The translations under genes and the position numbers were made by a program. A stretch of 64,000 bases of DNA from positions 612,069-676,068 of the forward strand of contig NW_003314292.1 of assembly GCF_000143415.4 (NCBI RefSeq), read 5' to 3'. This DNA comes from Selaginella moellendorffii. Lineage: Eukaryota; Plantae; Lycopodiophyta. Of the stretch, positions 12,069 to 24,001 are shown in pieces (positions within the stretch are counted from its first letter, which is position 1; every line of letters begins with the position of its first letter). The notes under the pieces are model-generated. The model was not told the DNA's origin, searched no databases, and was given only the letters and a program-made list of their open reading frames with translations.

Positions 12069-12632
12069 TCAAGCAACAACTTTGAGGGTCACTCCGGTTG
12101 AGCCAAATCCTCCAGCTCCCCTGACGGTGAGATCCAGGTCCTCGACTTCCAGGACGGGAGGAGTGACAATCTTCTCCAGTATGAGCTGAGCAATCCGATC
12201 CCCGGCTTTGATCGAAAACTCCGTGTCAGAGTGATTGAAAAGGATGACACCGAGTGGTCCGCGATAGTCGGCGTCTATAACACCAGCGCCCACGTCGATC
12301 GAGTGCTTCCATGCCAGTCCAGAGCGTGGAGCTGCGAAAGAAAAAAAGCTTTAGCCTTGATCTCTCTTTTCATGAAGAGGAGAGGATTTGCTCACCAATG
12401 CGGCCATAAGTTCCTTCCGGAAGTGCCACCGAGAGATCGGTTTGAATAAGCGCCTTGCCTCTGGCAGGAACAACGCTATCATACGCACTGCCGCCCCCAA
12501 AATCGAAGCTTTAGAACGCGAGAATGAACGCCAGAGCTGCCCAAACCTGGAGAGATCGTAGCCGGCGGCGAGCGCTGAGCCTCTGGACGGCAAAATGGCG
12601 CACGCCGAGAGCTTCTTGACAAGAAGAGACAT
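12069..12632 (-). CDS. DUT: dUTP pyrophosphatase
   Basis: [57 protein letters not shown]. Confidence 0.97.
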
Positions 12633-12753
12633 CCCGCCGCCCACACCAAGCCCTAGGAGGAGCTCGAATTCGCGCCAAAATCTAAAATCTAGGGCTCACA
12701 AGTCTGAGCTGGCAGCCGCGTGTACCCTAATTAAACACGTCGGCGCGCGCCCT

Positions 12754-12801
12754 ATCCCATATGCAATGGCGCAAAGTGGTGCCGGGGTTTGAGTATATAA
12801 A
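12754..12801 (+). promoter_or_regulatory. snRNA promoter: USE-like element plus TATA box
   Basis: ATCCCATATGC (12754-12764, cf. plant USE RTCCCACATCG) and TATATAAA (12794-12801), ~25 nt upstream of U2 +1. Confidence 0.75.
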
Positions 12802-12825
12802 GAGAGGGCTGGGACAGCACAATCC

Positions 12826-13020
12826 ATACCTTTCTCGGCCTTTTGGCTAAGATCAAGTGTAGTATCTGTTCTTATCAGTTTAATAGCTGATATGGGACCA
12901 CGTGTCCCAACGCTATTAACCTAATTTTTTGTGGGAGGAGGGCCACCGGTAGCTTGCTACCCGGCCTTCCACGTGTCGCTTTGGCCTTACACTACAGCCT
13001 TAGCCTGGCACAACCCAACC
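12826..13020 (+). ncRNA. U2: U2 spliceosomal snRNA
   Basis: ATACCTTTCTCGGCCTTTTGGCTAAGATCAAGTGTAGTATCTGTTCTTATCAGTTTAAT (branch-point recognition GTAGTA), Sm site AATTTTTTG and 3' stem-loops; 3' end approximate. Confidence 0.96.
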
Positions 13021-13624
13021 CCCAAATTTAAACCAAGAAGCATTGATAGAATTGATTTTCTAGGGTTTTGTTTGTCTCAAGCTAATTTTTTGCCTTTAAT
13101 TGAGGAAGGGGCTGTTCTTCCATTGGATACTCTATCCTGAGAGCAGCAGCAGAGGACACGAGCAAAAGTTTGTGGTGGCTGCCCATGGCTGTCTCGCCAA
13201 GCCCCGACTTGGACTCTGTGTCCTTATGACGATGCTACTATCCTTCTGAAGGTGGACGTTTTAGACAAGGCTTTTCGCAAGAGCTTTGGCTGGAAGTTCC
13301 ACTTATTTCCACGTCTTGGAATGCAAATATTCTGGATTCTTCTATACAAACATTTTCTGCAAATTCAGGATTTGATCATGTGGATATCAAGGAGAGCACT
13401 CCATGCCGGATGGAATGCACTATCATCACTACACTATTCTCATCCAGGCTCATGCGTACACCCCACCTTATCCAAATATAAGTAATTTAGTTGATATTAA
13501 TGTTCTTCAAATGTGGCTAATATTTTTGCAATTCTAATTAAAACCACAGATAAGAGGGTTTAATAAAACTTTTTCCAACAAAAATACAACAGATAGTTGA
13601 TCAAATAAACAACAAATAGGTGGT

Positions 13625-13626
<2 letters not shown>

Positions 13627-13687
<61 letters not shown>

Positions 13688-13688
13688 G
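13627..13688. repeat. (AT)n microsatellite
   Basis: ~60 bp of AT dinucleotide repeat. Confidence 0.95.
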
Positions 13689-13992
13689 CGTATACTAGCA
13701 CAAGTTGCCTTGTTGGCAAAGATCATAAAGTAGCCTTGTTTAGTGGGAATGAAATTCAAGGAGTAAGGAGCATTATTTTGATTCTCTCCTAAATGTGTAT
13801 ATTACATTTGCTAAATTTTTGCTAAATTTGTGCTAAATGTTTTTCTTCTTTCACAACACTTAATGGGCACTCAAAGTTGTGCTAAATAGTTATTTGTTGA
13901 AACAAAAATATATCAAAATATTTCAATAAGACATGGTTAAAGAAATAATTTTTCAATAGTTATATCGCAAGAAACATTCTAAAGGATATGGT

Positions 13993-15686
13993 TGTAAGCG
14001 ACTAAATTTTCCATTCTACTTTAGTTACTTAACCACACCTCCGACCACTTGGAGGAGTCTCATTCACAACCTCCATCAGTCCAATTCAGGACTTGGGACT
14101 TGCTAGCCCCAAGAATGGCATCCATGCCACTCCACACTTGCACCTGGTCCAAGTGCTCCACGTGTCCGGTCTTGAGACCGACACCCAAAGGTACCACTGA
14201 CATCTCGGCCCGTTACGCTAAGGCCATGCCCATTCACCTTTGCTGCACTAGTGGTTCAACACCACTTGCATCACCACCTCGTCTCTCCAAGACTGGGCCA
14301 TGTGTCCACGAGTGGTCATCCTAGATCCACTCCTTAGCATCCTTAGGATGCCCACAGACCTGGGGAGTTGCCTTCCCCAAAGTCCCTTTGTCAGTTCCTA
14401 CCAAGTCCCTTTCTGCCCTTGGCCGTGTTTGCCAACACTGCCACTGGATCGAGGCCCACAGGCCCGACCACTAAGTCCCACGGTCCTCTGGGACTTCCTC
14501 ACCACATGACTGTGTCCTTGGTCACTACCCCAGAGGACTACTCCTCTTCCTTTCCACAGTCTGGGCCTTTGGGACAACATTTCGGAACACCGTGGCCTTA
14601 CGCGAGCCACCTGGGTACTCTCCCCACCTATCGCCTTTAGGTGCTCTAGCCATGGGCTTAGAGCGAGGTTCTATTGAGCCACGCTTGGTATCCAAGTAGG
14701 TAGTGCCACCCACACTTGGACTGGGAGCATCGGCCAGTCGATCTCCCGGGGGAACTAGAGCCGGCTCTTGAACACTTCACCAAGCTACCCCGCTTGTCGG
14801 TCCGTATTCACTATAGTCTTGGACTTCCCAGTGGTCAGTTCATCACCCAACACTGGGTCTGGCCTTCCTGGGCCAAACTGGCCTTTCCTGGCCAAACTGG
14901 CTCCACTACAGTCCTCCCCCTACTATACTTTTGGAGCTCACCAAACCCCCCAGGGTCTGGGAGACGAACGCTTTGGGCTTTCACCCTCTCAGGCTCCGGA
15001 CTCGGACTTGGACTCGGACTCGGACTCGGACTCGGACTCGGACTCGGACTCGGACTCGGATTCGGACTCGGACTCGGGCTCGGGCTCGGTCTTGGCCTCG
15101 GCCTCGGTCTCGGTCTCGGTCCCGATCTCGGTCTCGGTCTCGGTCTCGGTCCCAGTCTCGGTTCCGGTCTCGGTTTCGACTTCGGACTCCATCTCGGACT
15201 CCATCTCGGACTCCATCTTGGGTCCATCTCAGGTCCATCTCGGACTCCATCTCGGACTCCATCTCGGGTCCATCTCGGACTCCATCTCGGACTCCATTTC
15301 GGGTCCATCTCGGGTCCACCTCGGACTCCACCTCGGACTCCATCTCGGACTCCATCTCGGGTCCATCTCGGACTCCATCTCGGACTCCATCTCGGACTCC
15401 ATCTCGGGTCCATCTCGGACTCCATCTCGGACTCCATCTCGAGTCCATCTCGGACACTCCCACGTGTCATGTGTTGGTCCTTTTGGGTCCCTTTTTGGAG
15501 CCTTGCCTTTTGCTCGCTTCGTGCTCGTTCCTCGAGCACTTTGTTGGGAGTTCCACTCCCGCTCTTGACTTTTCAAGTCAGAGCTTTTGGTCCAAACGTT
15601 TTACGCTCGTTTGGCTCTCGCTTCGGCCACTACCATGTGGCGCCCTTCCGGCTCCACTTTGGGGCCTAGGGATTTTGTGTCTCACA
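13993..15686 (-). repeat. 3' LTR (1694 bp)
   Basis: tgtaagcgactaaa...gtgtctcaca; direct repeat of 19795-21476; flanked by the PPT. Confidence 0.95.
14998..15445. repeat. Compound hexamer/dodecamer array (GGACTC)n-(GGTCTC)n-(GGACTCCATCTC)n within the LTR
   Basis: Directly visible; second copy at ~20799-21245. Confidence 0.95.
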
Positions 15687-18600
15687 ACTCCACCACCCAT
15701 AGACGAAGTTCGATGTCCTCATCGAACGGTAAACCATTTTGTAAAGTAACACTCGCATGTGTTACCATTTCCATCCTTGGCACCTAGCCAATATTTGTCA
15801 ATGGTTTGACATTGAAGGCTCACCATGCCTTCTCCACATTCGTTAATGGTTCGACACCAAAGGCTCACCATGCCTTGCCCATCCTCTAAGGAGGATAGTC
15901 TCTCCAGCTTAGAGACTCACTTGACCACCTGGGGTGGTTTGCTCCTTTTTTATTGGTTCAGTTCTCGCTAAACCTCTTAGAGACCCTTCTCTAAGTCAAT
16001 CCCACTACTCCTTCTTGAGTAGTCTCAATTTCCATCTATTGAATGTTTGCACCTTGGAACTTTTACTCTTTTGACTTTTGGAAGTCAATTTCCTAGGTGT
16101 CTCCAACACCTTGCATTGCACAGATTGTGCAACTCCACTTCCCTATCCTAGGAAGTTCATTACTTGAGGGCACCATCATCCTCTCTTCTATTTCGTGCCA
16201 CCTTGGGCACTAAGTTCCATTTATCACACTTTGTGCTAGGGTTGCCCATTGCCCTATCATTTGGCTACCTTACTGCTCCCTCCCTTGGAGCTTCCACTTT
16301 CGCCAAATCGGAGCAATTCGGAATCCATCCTTGGAAATACACTTCCTTTCCCGCAATTTGTTAGCGTCCAACACATCAGTGTTCTTCGCCTAACTTTGTC
16401 ACTTGGATTCCTTCCAGGGATTCCACGGCCCTATCTTGGCCACTCATCTTTTGCTCCTATCCGTTGATTGTTGTACCAAGCAACATCGAATCTCTACCTC
16501 CCTCCTTGAGGTATTTTTTTTGATTCCATAGCAAAGGCTCTGCTTTGCCAAGACTAGGGTGTTCGCCCCTAGTAAGTCTCTGTTAGCATCTTCTGCTGTG
16601 GGCTCTATCCTCGGCCCAACTTTGTGACCCTCTCATGGGTCTCTTTAGAGACTACTTTCCTTGGACACACTATGCCATCGCAATGACATAGCTCATTTCC
16701 CTAAAGTGCTTTTCCCACTTGGTCACCTTGACCAAGCCACACCATCATCAATAGTTCAAATCAACACTTTGAACTAGGAACCTTATTCCTTAACCCAAAC
16801 AAGGACTTTGTCCTTATTTAGCCACAAGATCACTTAGTGATCTCACCTCGGCACCTTAACAGGTTTGCCAATAGGTACTAGGTCTTCAAGACCTTTAACT
16901 TGTTAACTACGACCCCGGGGGCATCCCCCACACTTGGCGGTGCGCCCAAGCCAGCCCTTCCGGCCAAGGGTCCATAGCAACTGAGATTAGGTGTCCCCAT
17001 CTCACTCACCACGTCTTTGGTGCCACTTGCACCAAAGAGTTCAAGTTAGATATGCCGAGCTTTCACACTAAGCAATCTAACTGTGCATCACGACTCCGAG
17101 GCATCCCTCGCTTGGCGGTGTGCCCAAACCAGTCTCCCCACTGAGAGTCCATGACCACCGAAATATGAGTGTCCTCATATTCCAAACCATCACCACGCCC
17201 TAGTGATTTGGGACTCGAACCCAAGCACTAGAGGGTCGGGACTCGAACCCAACCTCCGTATATGCATCTACGGACGGCATCACTCTAGATGCCTGGCGTG
17301 ACTCCCCACGCCGGTGCACCAACCTATTTTTAAAGCGCGCTACAGATCACAGCTTAGGAACCTAGTTCCTCCACACTGCCAAGTCCTCTCACTTGACATG
17401 TCTGTGATCATGCATGGACTCCTCCATGCTCGGCCCCATGGCCCACCCTTTTTGAAGTTATCACCTTCAACTAGGGTCTTTGTTCCCCCGACGTGCCAAT
17501 CTCACTTGGCAAGTCCTCCGACCATTGTAACATGGTTCCTGCATAAGCGTGAAAGTCCTTGACCATCGACTTTCGTTCAAAGCCCTCTCTTTGAACACTC
17601 GGGAACTACTTCCCTAACCTTGATAACCTTGCCTCATGGCAAGCTTCAAGACCACGCTTCTGCTGCGCCACTCTGATTTCGCGCGTTCCATGAACCATTT
17701 ACACTTGGCCTTTCTAGGTACTACGCTACCTAGAATCGTCTTTGGGAACCTTGAAGGAACTCTGTCCCTCAGCTTGCTAAGGCCTCCCCTTTCGCAAGCT
17801 TTATAGTTGCCATATAGTCTAACATGGACAATTCCATATTTTAGACTCTCTATGGCATCACGGTTGCTAGCAACAACATCCTCGAGCACCCTCTTGATTC
17901 TCCACTCCCAGCTGGCATAACCAACCTTGGTTATGCCCTTTGATTCCTATGGTTCGGTTCTATCCCCTTACTTCTTGCTTTTTGGCTTCACACCTTTCCT
18001 TTGGTCATTCTCCTCCAGACCAGGAGGATAGCTTTGCACTTTCTATCATGCCTTAGCAAGTATTCTTAGGGATGAACCTACCCAATAGCCTAGGGAGTGG
18101 TTCCTCAATCCGGGTATGCTCACCTTATAATCCAACACACTGGGATTACATTGTTGCTTATGGGCCTTTACATGCCCATCACTAGCCTTGCCAAAATTCC
18201 ATTTTTGGCTTTGTCCAACTCGGGTAGATAGTCCTCTCCTGTCTCCGCAACCTTGGACATTTGGATAGCACCTTCTATCCATCATTCGCTAGGGACTTAG
18301 TCCCTTGGGCTTTATCCATTGCCCTCGCGACATCAAACACCACCTTCTGGTGTTCTAGAGTGTTCAGGTGTCCCAATGATGGCTTTCTTGACAATGAGTA
18401 TTTCCTTTTATGACATTGACTTACTATATCGCAACATAAGCAACTTATCCCCCGTAAGGGTATATCCGACTTCCCTATACTAGAAGTCTTGGGTAGCTAC
18501 TTTCTACCCGTTTAACCAGTTATTTTGCACCTCTTGCTTAGTTGCCTCATGGTTGTCAAGTCCTACAACTCATTGATTGGTGCTTGCACACCTCCATCAT

Positions 18601-19794
18601 TATCTGGGTCACCGCACTCCAACTGCATGCTCTGCCGCTTAGGCTATGCCATTCCCATTTCCATTGGGATTCCTTTGGCAAGGGGTTCTCATGAACCCAC
18701 CAACATAGCCTCAAGGTATCACACCTTGGCACATTTGGTGTCTCCACACTATCGGCTCCACGAGCCTACCTCTATGACATTTCCCCTTCGTGTCTAAGTC
18801 TTTGCCAAGACCAACACCGCTCTTTCTCATGCCAACCATCCGTTAGCACTACACCATAGAGGTCACACACAACTTTGTGTCAAAGTTGTTTTCTTCTGGG
18901 AACACCTTTCCCATAACTTTAGTATGGCACATTTTGCCATCGATGAGATACTCTCTGTTCTCATCCTTGGATCCTATGATCCCCCCCCATCCTTTGTGGG
19001 GTACAACGCACCTCAGTCCAAATGCTTCTATCAGTCCTTTTAGGACCATCCCTTGACTCTACTTGAGTCGTCTAGCAGTTTTGGACTTGGTTAATCCACC
19101 AACCCGTAAGGTCCTACTTGTGAGGCACTAGCTCACTGGAATACACTTCTTGCATTCCGGTCCTACTCAAAAGGACTATTTTCACAAGTGTTACTCCGAC
19201 ACTTGATTTTGTTCTCTGGGGGCAACCTTTGCCCCTTAGGACTGCTTGTCCATGTGATGAGAATACCAACTCATCCACTTAATACACCCCCAACTCCTTG
19301 GGTTGTTCCAGCATTTATTAGAGGTAGCCCCGGCTACCATTTCAAGGACTTGAGTCCTCTTCCGTATTTGACCTTCCACGGTCATTACCTTTGGTCTCAC
19401 ATTCATGAGCACCAACCTCAACTATATGAGGATAATCTTGTGACTCCTTTATTGTAAAGGAGTCTCTATCTTTCCCGTGATCCTAACTTTAGTTGTTTAC
19501 CACAACAACCTAAGCCAATTTGCTGAGACAAATGCTCATCCGGATCACATCCTCAACTCAATGAGGAAAACCTTGCACTGTTCCCAAGATCCCAAAGTCG
19601 TTCCATTATTGGCCCTTTTCTATCCACCACCTTGTCTACAAGTTCACACATGAACTGTAATGGAGAGCCATGTCTTCCCGACTTGCTACTCCTCAAGAAT
19701 AGGCCCACTCCTCGGACCTTCCGATGCCAACACTAGTGGGGATATACTTGAGCACCAATAAAAGTCGGACTAAGGAACAGCTCTGATACCAAAT

Positions 19795-21476
19795 TGTAAG
19801 CGACTAAATTTTCCATTCTACTTTAGTCACTTAACCACACCTCCGACCACTTGGAGGAGTCTCATTCACAACCTCCATCAGTCCAATTCAGGACTTGGGA
19901 CTTGCTAGCCCCAAGAATGGCATCCATGCCACTCCACACTTGCACCTGGTCCAAGTGCTCCACGTGTCCGGTCCTGAGACCGACACCCAAAGGTACCACT
20001 GACATCTCGGCCCGTTACGCTAAGGCCATGCCCATTCACCTTTGCTGCACTAGTGGTTCAACACCACTTGCATCACCACCTCGTCTCTCCAAGACTGGGC
20101 CATGTGTCCACGAGTGGTCATCCTAGATCCACTCCTTAGCATCCTTAGGATGCCCACAGACCTGGGGAGTTGCCTTCCCCAAAGTCCCTTTGTCAGTTCC
20201 TACCAAGTCCCTTTCTGCCCTTGGCCGTGTTTGCCAACACTGCCACTGGATCGAGGCCCACAGGCCCGACCACTAAGTCCCACGGTCCTCTGGGACTTCC
20301 TCACCACATGACTGTGTCCTTGGTCACTACCCCAGAGGACTGCTCCTCTTCCTTTCCACAGTCTGGGCCTTTGGGACAACATTTCGGAACACCGTGGCCT
20401 TACGCGAGCCACCTGGGTACTCTCCCCACCTATCGCCTTTAGGTGCTCTAGCCATGGGCTTAGAGCGAGGTTCTATTGAGCCACGCTTGGTATCCAAGTA
20501 GGTAGTGCCACCCACACTTGGACTGGGAGCATCGGCCAGTCGATCTCCCGGGGGAACTAGAGCCGGCTCTTGAACACTTCACCAAGCTACCCCGCTTGTC
20601 GGTCCGTATTCACTATAGTCTTGGACTTCCCAGTGGTCAGTTCATCACCCAACACTGGGTCTGGCCTTCCTGGGCCAAACTAGCCTTTCCTGGCCAAACT
20701 GGCTCCACTGCAGTCCTCCCCCTACTATACTTTTGGAGCTCACCAAACCCCCCAGGGTCTGGGAGACGAACGCTTTGGGCTTTCACCCTCTCAGGCTCCG
20801 GACTCGGACTCGGACTCGGACTCGGACTCGGATTTGGACTCGGACTCGGGCTCGGGCTCGGTCTTGGCCTCGGCCTCGGTCTCGGTCTCGGTCTCGGTCC
20901 CAATCTCGGTCTCGGTCTCGGTCTCGGTCCCGGTCTCGGTTCCGGTCTCGGTCTCGACTTCGGACTCCATCTCGGACTCCATCTCGGACTCCATCTCGGA
21001 CTCCATCTCGGACTCCATCTTGGGTCCATCTCGGGTCCATCTCGGACTCCATCTCAGACTCCATCTCGGGTCCATCTCGGACTCCATCTCGGACTCCATT
21101 TCGGGTCCATCTCGGGTCCACCTCGGACTCCACCTCGGACTCCATCTCGGACTCCATCTCGGGTCCATCTCGGACTCCATCTCGGACTCCATCTCGGGTC
21201 CATCTCGGACTCCATCTCGGACTCCATCTCGAGTCCATCTCGGACACTCCCACGTGTCATGTGTTGGTCCTTTTGGGTCTCTTTTTGGAGCCTTGCCTTT
21301 TGCTCGCTTCGTGCTCGTTCCTCGAGCACTTTGTTGGGAGTTCCACTCCCGCTCTTGACTTTTCAAGTCGGAGCTTTTGGTCCAAACGTTTTACGCTCGT
21401 TTGGCTCTCGCTTCGGCCACTACCATGTGGCGCCCTTCCGGCTCCACTTTGGGGCCTAGGGATTTTGTGTCTCACA
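19795..21476 (-). repeat. 5' LTR (1682 bp)
   Basis: Direct repeat of 13993-15686; adjacent to the PBS. Confidence 0.95.
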
Positions 21477-22231
21477 ATGGTAGGCCTTAAAATTTTTATT
21501 TTATAAAGATTTGCAAATATTTATATGCCTCAACTTTTTGGGATAATTGAACTTTTATAATTGTTACTATTATTAATTTTGTATAATTGCAAATTTGCAC
21601 AAGCATCTCCAATAAAAACTAATACTATAATTTATAAGTTTTAGTAGTATCACTCTAAATAACACTAAAAAACATAAGAAATTTAACAATTAATATTTAA
21701 AATTGTGAATATAATCAAATTTATGATACAGCTATTTTGTAATAGTTAATTAAGATTTTTTTTATCACAACAAGCTTTTATATTAAATTAGGTTCTGATC
21801 CTACTGTTTCTTTAAATTATTAAACAATTTTGCGAGGATAAAAGGATAAGGATAAACAAAATCAAAAAGCATTTGAATCTTTACAAATCCACCTTAAAAA
21901 TCATTTAAGAAACCTGCTTGTTGCTAGAGATTACAACTGCTATCAAGAACGTGAACACTGGTGAAGCTACTGTCCATCTGCACTAGGCAGCATAAGCAAC
22001 AGCACTAGCTTGCTCCACGAAGCGTTTATGTCGTGGAGAACAATCGCGAGGAGCAACTCATACATTGTCAATCTCTCCTTTTCGATATATATTCTATGTA
22101 GTGGTACACTTTTTGCTGCTAGCAACGCTGTGTCTTTTAAGAGTTAAAATTCAATCGCTGTAAGTAGAGTCAGTGTTTTGTGTGGAGCCCGAGAGAAGGA
22201 AAAAAAAAAGATGGAAGAGAAGCTTATCTCG

Positions 22232-23479
22232 TCAGCGGCCATTCTCCTTCGCATCGCCCTCCGCGCCATTGTCCTTGTGCTGCGAGTGTTGAAGATCGTC
22301 CACCTTCTTCCTCTTTGCATGAGGTTCTTCTCCACTGTCTACCGCTGCTGCTGCCAATGATCCTCCTGCTAGCTTCTCCTCGTCGACTAGAATTACATCC
22401 GCTGTTGTTGGCTTGTGCTCCTCGTCCTCCGCACTGTCGTCCGTGAGGTCGATCGCGGGGTCTGGCTCCGGGTCTGGATCCGCGTCTAGTTTGATCGGCG
22501 AGAGGGGGAGGCCATCGTCGCCACGCAAGAGCTTGTTCATCTTCTGCTGCTCCTCGAGTATCCTTTGCAGGTATTTCCCCTGTGCCTCGATCCGAAGCTG
22601 CAAGTGTCTTTGCACCTGTCAAGAAGTAAAAGAACATGTTTTGAGAAAGATCCACAACGACGTCAACCGTTTGATTACCTCGAGCTGTTCATGCAGTCGC
22701 TTTTGAACTTCCATTTGCATTCGCAATGCCTCGCTAAGTTGCCTGCCACTGGACGGGGAAAAACAAATATATAGTACTAGACAAGCAAAGAATGGAAAAA
22801 ACTTTAGGAGAGTACCGTGAATCTGCCTCGAGGTCCCTCCCTTTCTCGAGTTCGCCTGTGACACAGAAGAAAGAAAAAGAACGTAAAGACAAAGCTCTGG
22901 CGACAGGACTCGTAGAAGCTTACCATCGCCCAAAGTGTCAGGAAGATACTTGGCGAGCCGAAACTTCTATAGAAACAATCACGTCTCCATCAGAACTGGC
23001 AACAACAAATTTAAGATCCTTGCCTGTAAATGACTTTTGATGTGGTAAATTGTGAGTCCTTGAACGCCCATCAGCCCAAGAACACCTTTGGGAGTAGCCT
23101 CTGCAAGAAAAAAAAAACAAACAAACAATAGAACATTAGCTCATAGAAGTGAAAGAATCAAAGAAAGAAATGGACTGTGGTCCTAGTACTCACTGTCAGA
23201 GCCACCAAGCTGGTTCACGGCTTCCATGAAGCGGTCATGGAGCTCGGGAGTCCATCGGAGCCTCTGCTTGACGGACGCGACGTTGCCGCTGGATGCCGCT
23301 GGAGTGCTTGCTACATTGTTTGCTAGTGCCGCTGCTGGCGTTGATGGCACCGCCGCCGCTGGAGGAGGTGTGGAGAAGCAAACCAAATCCCCCGCTGCCG
23401 CTGGGCTGCTGGGGACCTGTGGAGCTACCGGCGCTGCCGCCACAACGCTCGACGGCGAGTTCTTGGGTTGCAGCATCAT
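22232..23479 (-). CDS. PHR1-like MYB-CC (GARP) transcription factor, PHL7-like
   Basis: KQRLRWTPELHDRFMEAVNQLGG, ATPKGVLGLM, HIKSHLQKFRLAKYL, QMEVQKRLHEQLEVQRHLQLRIEAQGKYLQ; start Met uncertain. Confidence 0.93.
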
Positions 23480-24001
23480 CGACGCGCACGAAATATAGAC
23501 GATTACCACTCCTACTGCTGATCTAGGACCGCCGGATCACCTAGGCAAGAAGCAATGCTCGAGCAGAACCTGGAAATTTCATCCCTCCCCGCGATTCTTG
23601 AGTCAACAGCGAGCTCTCGCGGCGCCGAAGACGATCCAGCCCTCCAACAACCCACGCGCTAGCTCGAGTCCCCCGTCGCGACGAGAAACCCTGGTGTCGA
23701 GTCGAGAAAGCGCACGCCATAGCCAAGCGCTTTCAGCAGAATGGAGGAAGGGAAGAAAGAACTCCAGCAAACAAGGGCCCAGGCCTGGGCTACCGAGCCT
23801 CAGGCTCGAGCTACGGTATAGCCCCGGCGGGCGTTTAAATTCAGGTCTGCGAAGCCGAGCCTGTTGACGCGGGGAATATTGTAGGCGCACCCAGGGATAT
23901 GCGAATCGTCGATCACGTCTATGAGAATATTCTCTGCTCCAAAAAAACACCCTTGTGTTTATTATGGGTTCTCCTGTTTAGGGCTCTTGGGAGCTACAGG
24001 G

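Larger units (their letters stand above)
13993..21476 (-). mobile_element. Non-autonomous LTR retrotransposon (LARD-like, probably Ty3/Gypsy-derived)
   Basis: Two near-identical TG...CA LTRs; 5-bp TSD ATGGT (13988-13992, 21477-21481); PBS TGGTATCAGAGC (tRNA-iMet) on the minus strand at 19780-19791; PPT GGGTGGTGGAGT at 15687-15698; 4.1-kb internal region with no ORF >100 aa. Confidence 0.95.

Noticed and set aside
13140-13485. Short ORF fragments downstream of U2
   Set aside because: No recognisable domain or splice structure
14998-15445. Repeat array as a CRISPR-like locus
   Set aside because: No unique spacers; eukaryotic LTR context
14716-15749. Long ORFs (up to 317 aa) in all six frames, repeated at 20518-21506
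   Set aside because: By-products of stop-free hexamer/dodecamer repeats inside the LTRs; low complexity, many with non-ATG starts
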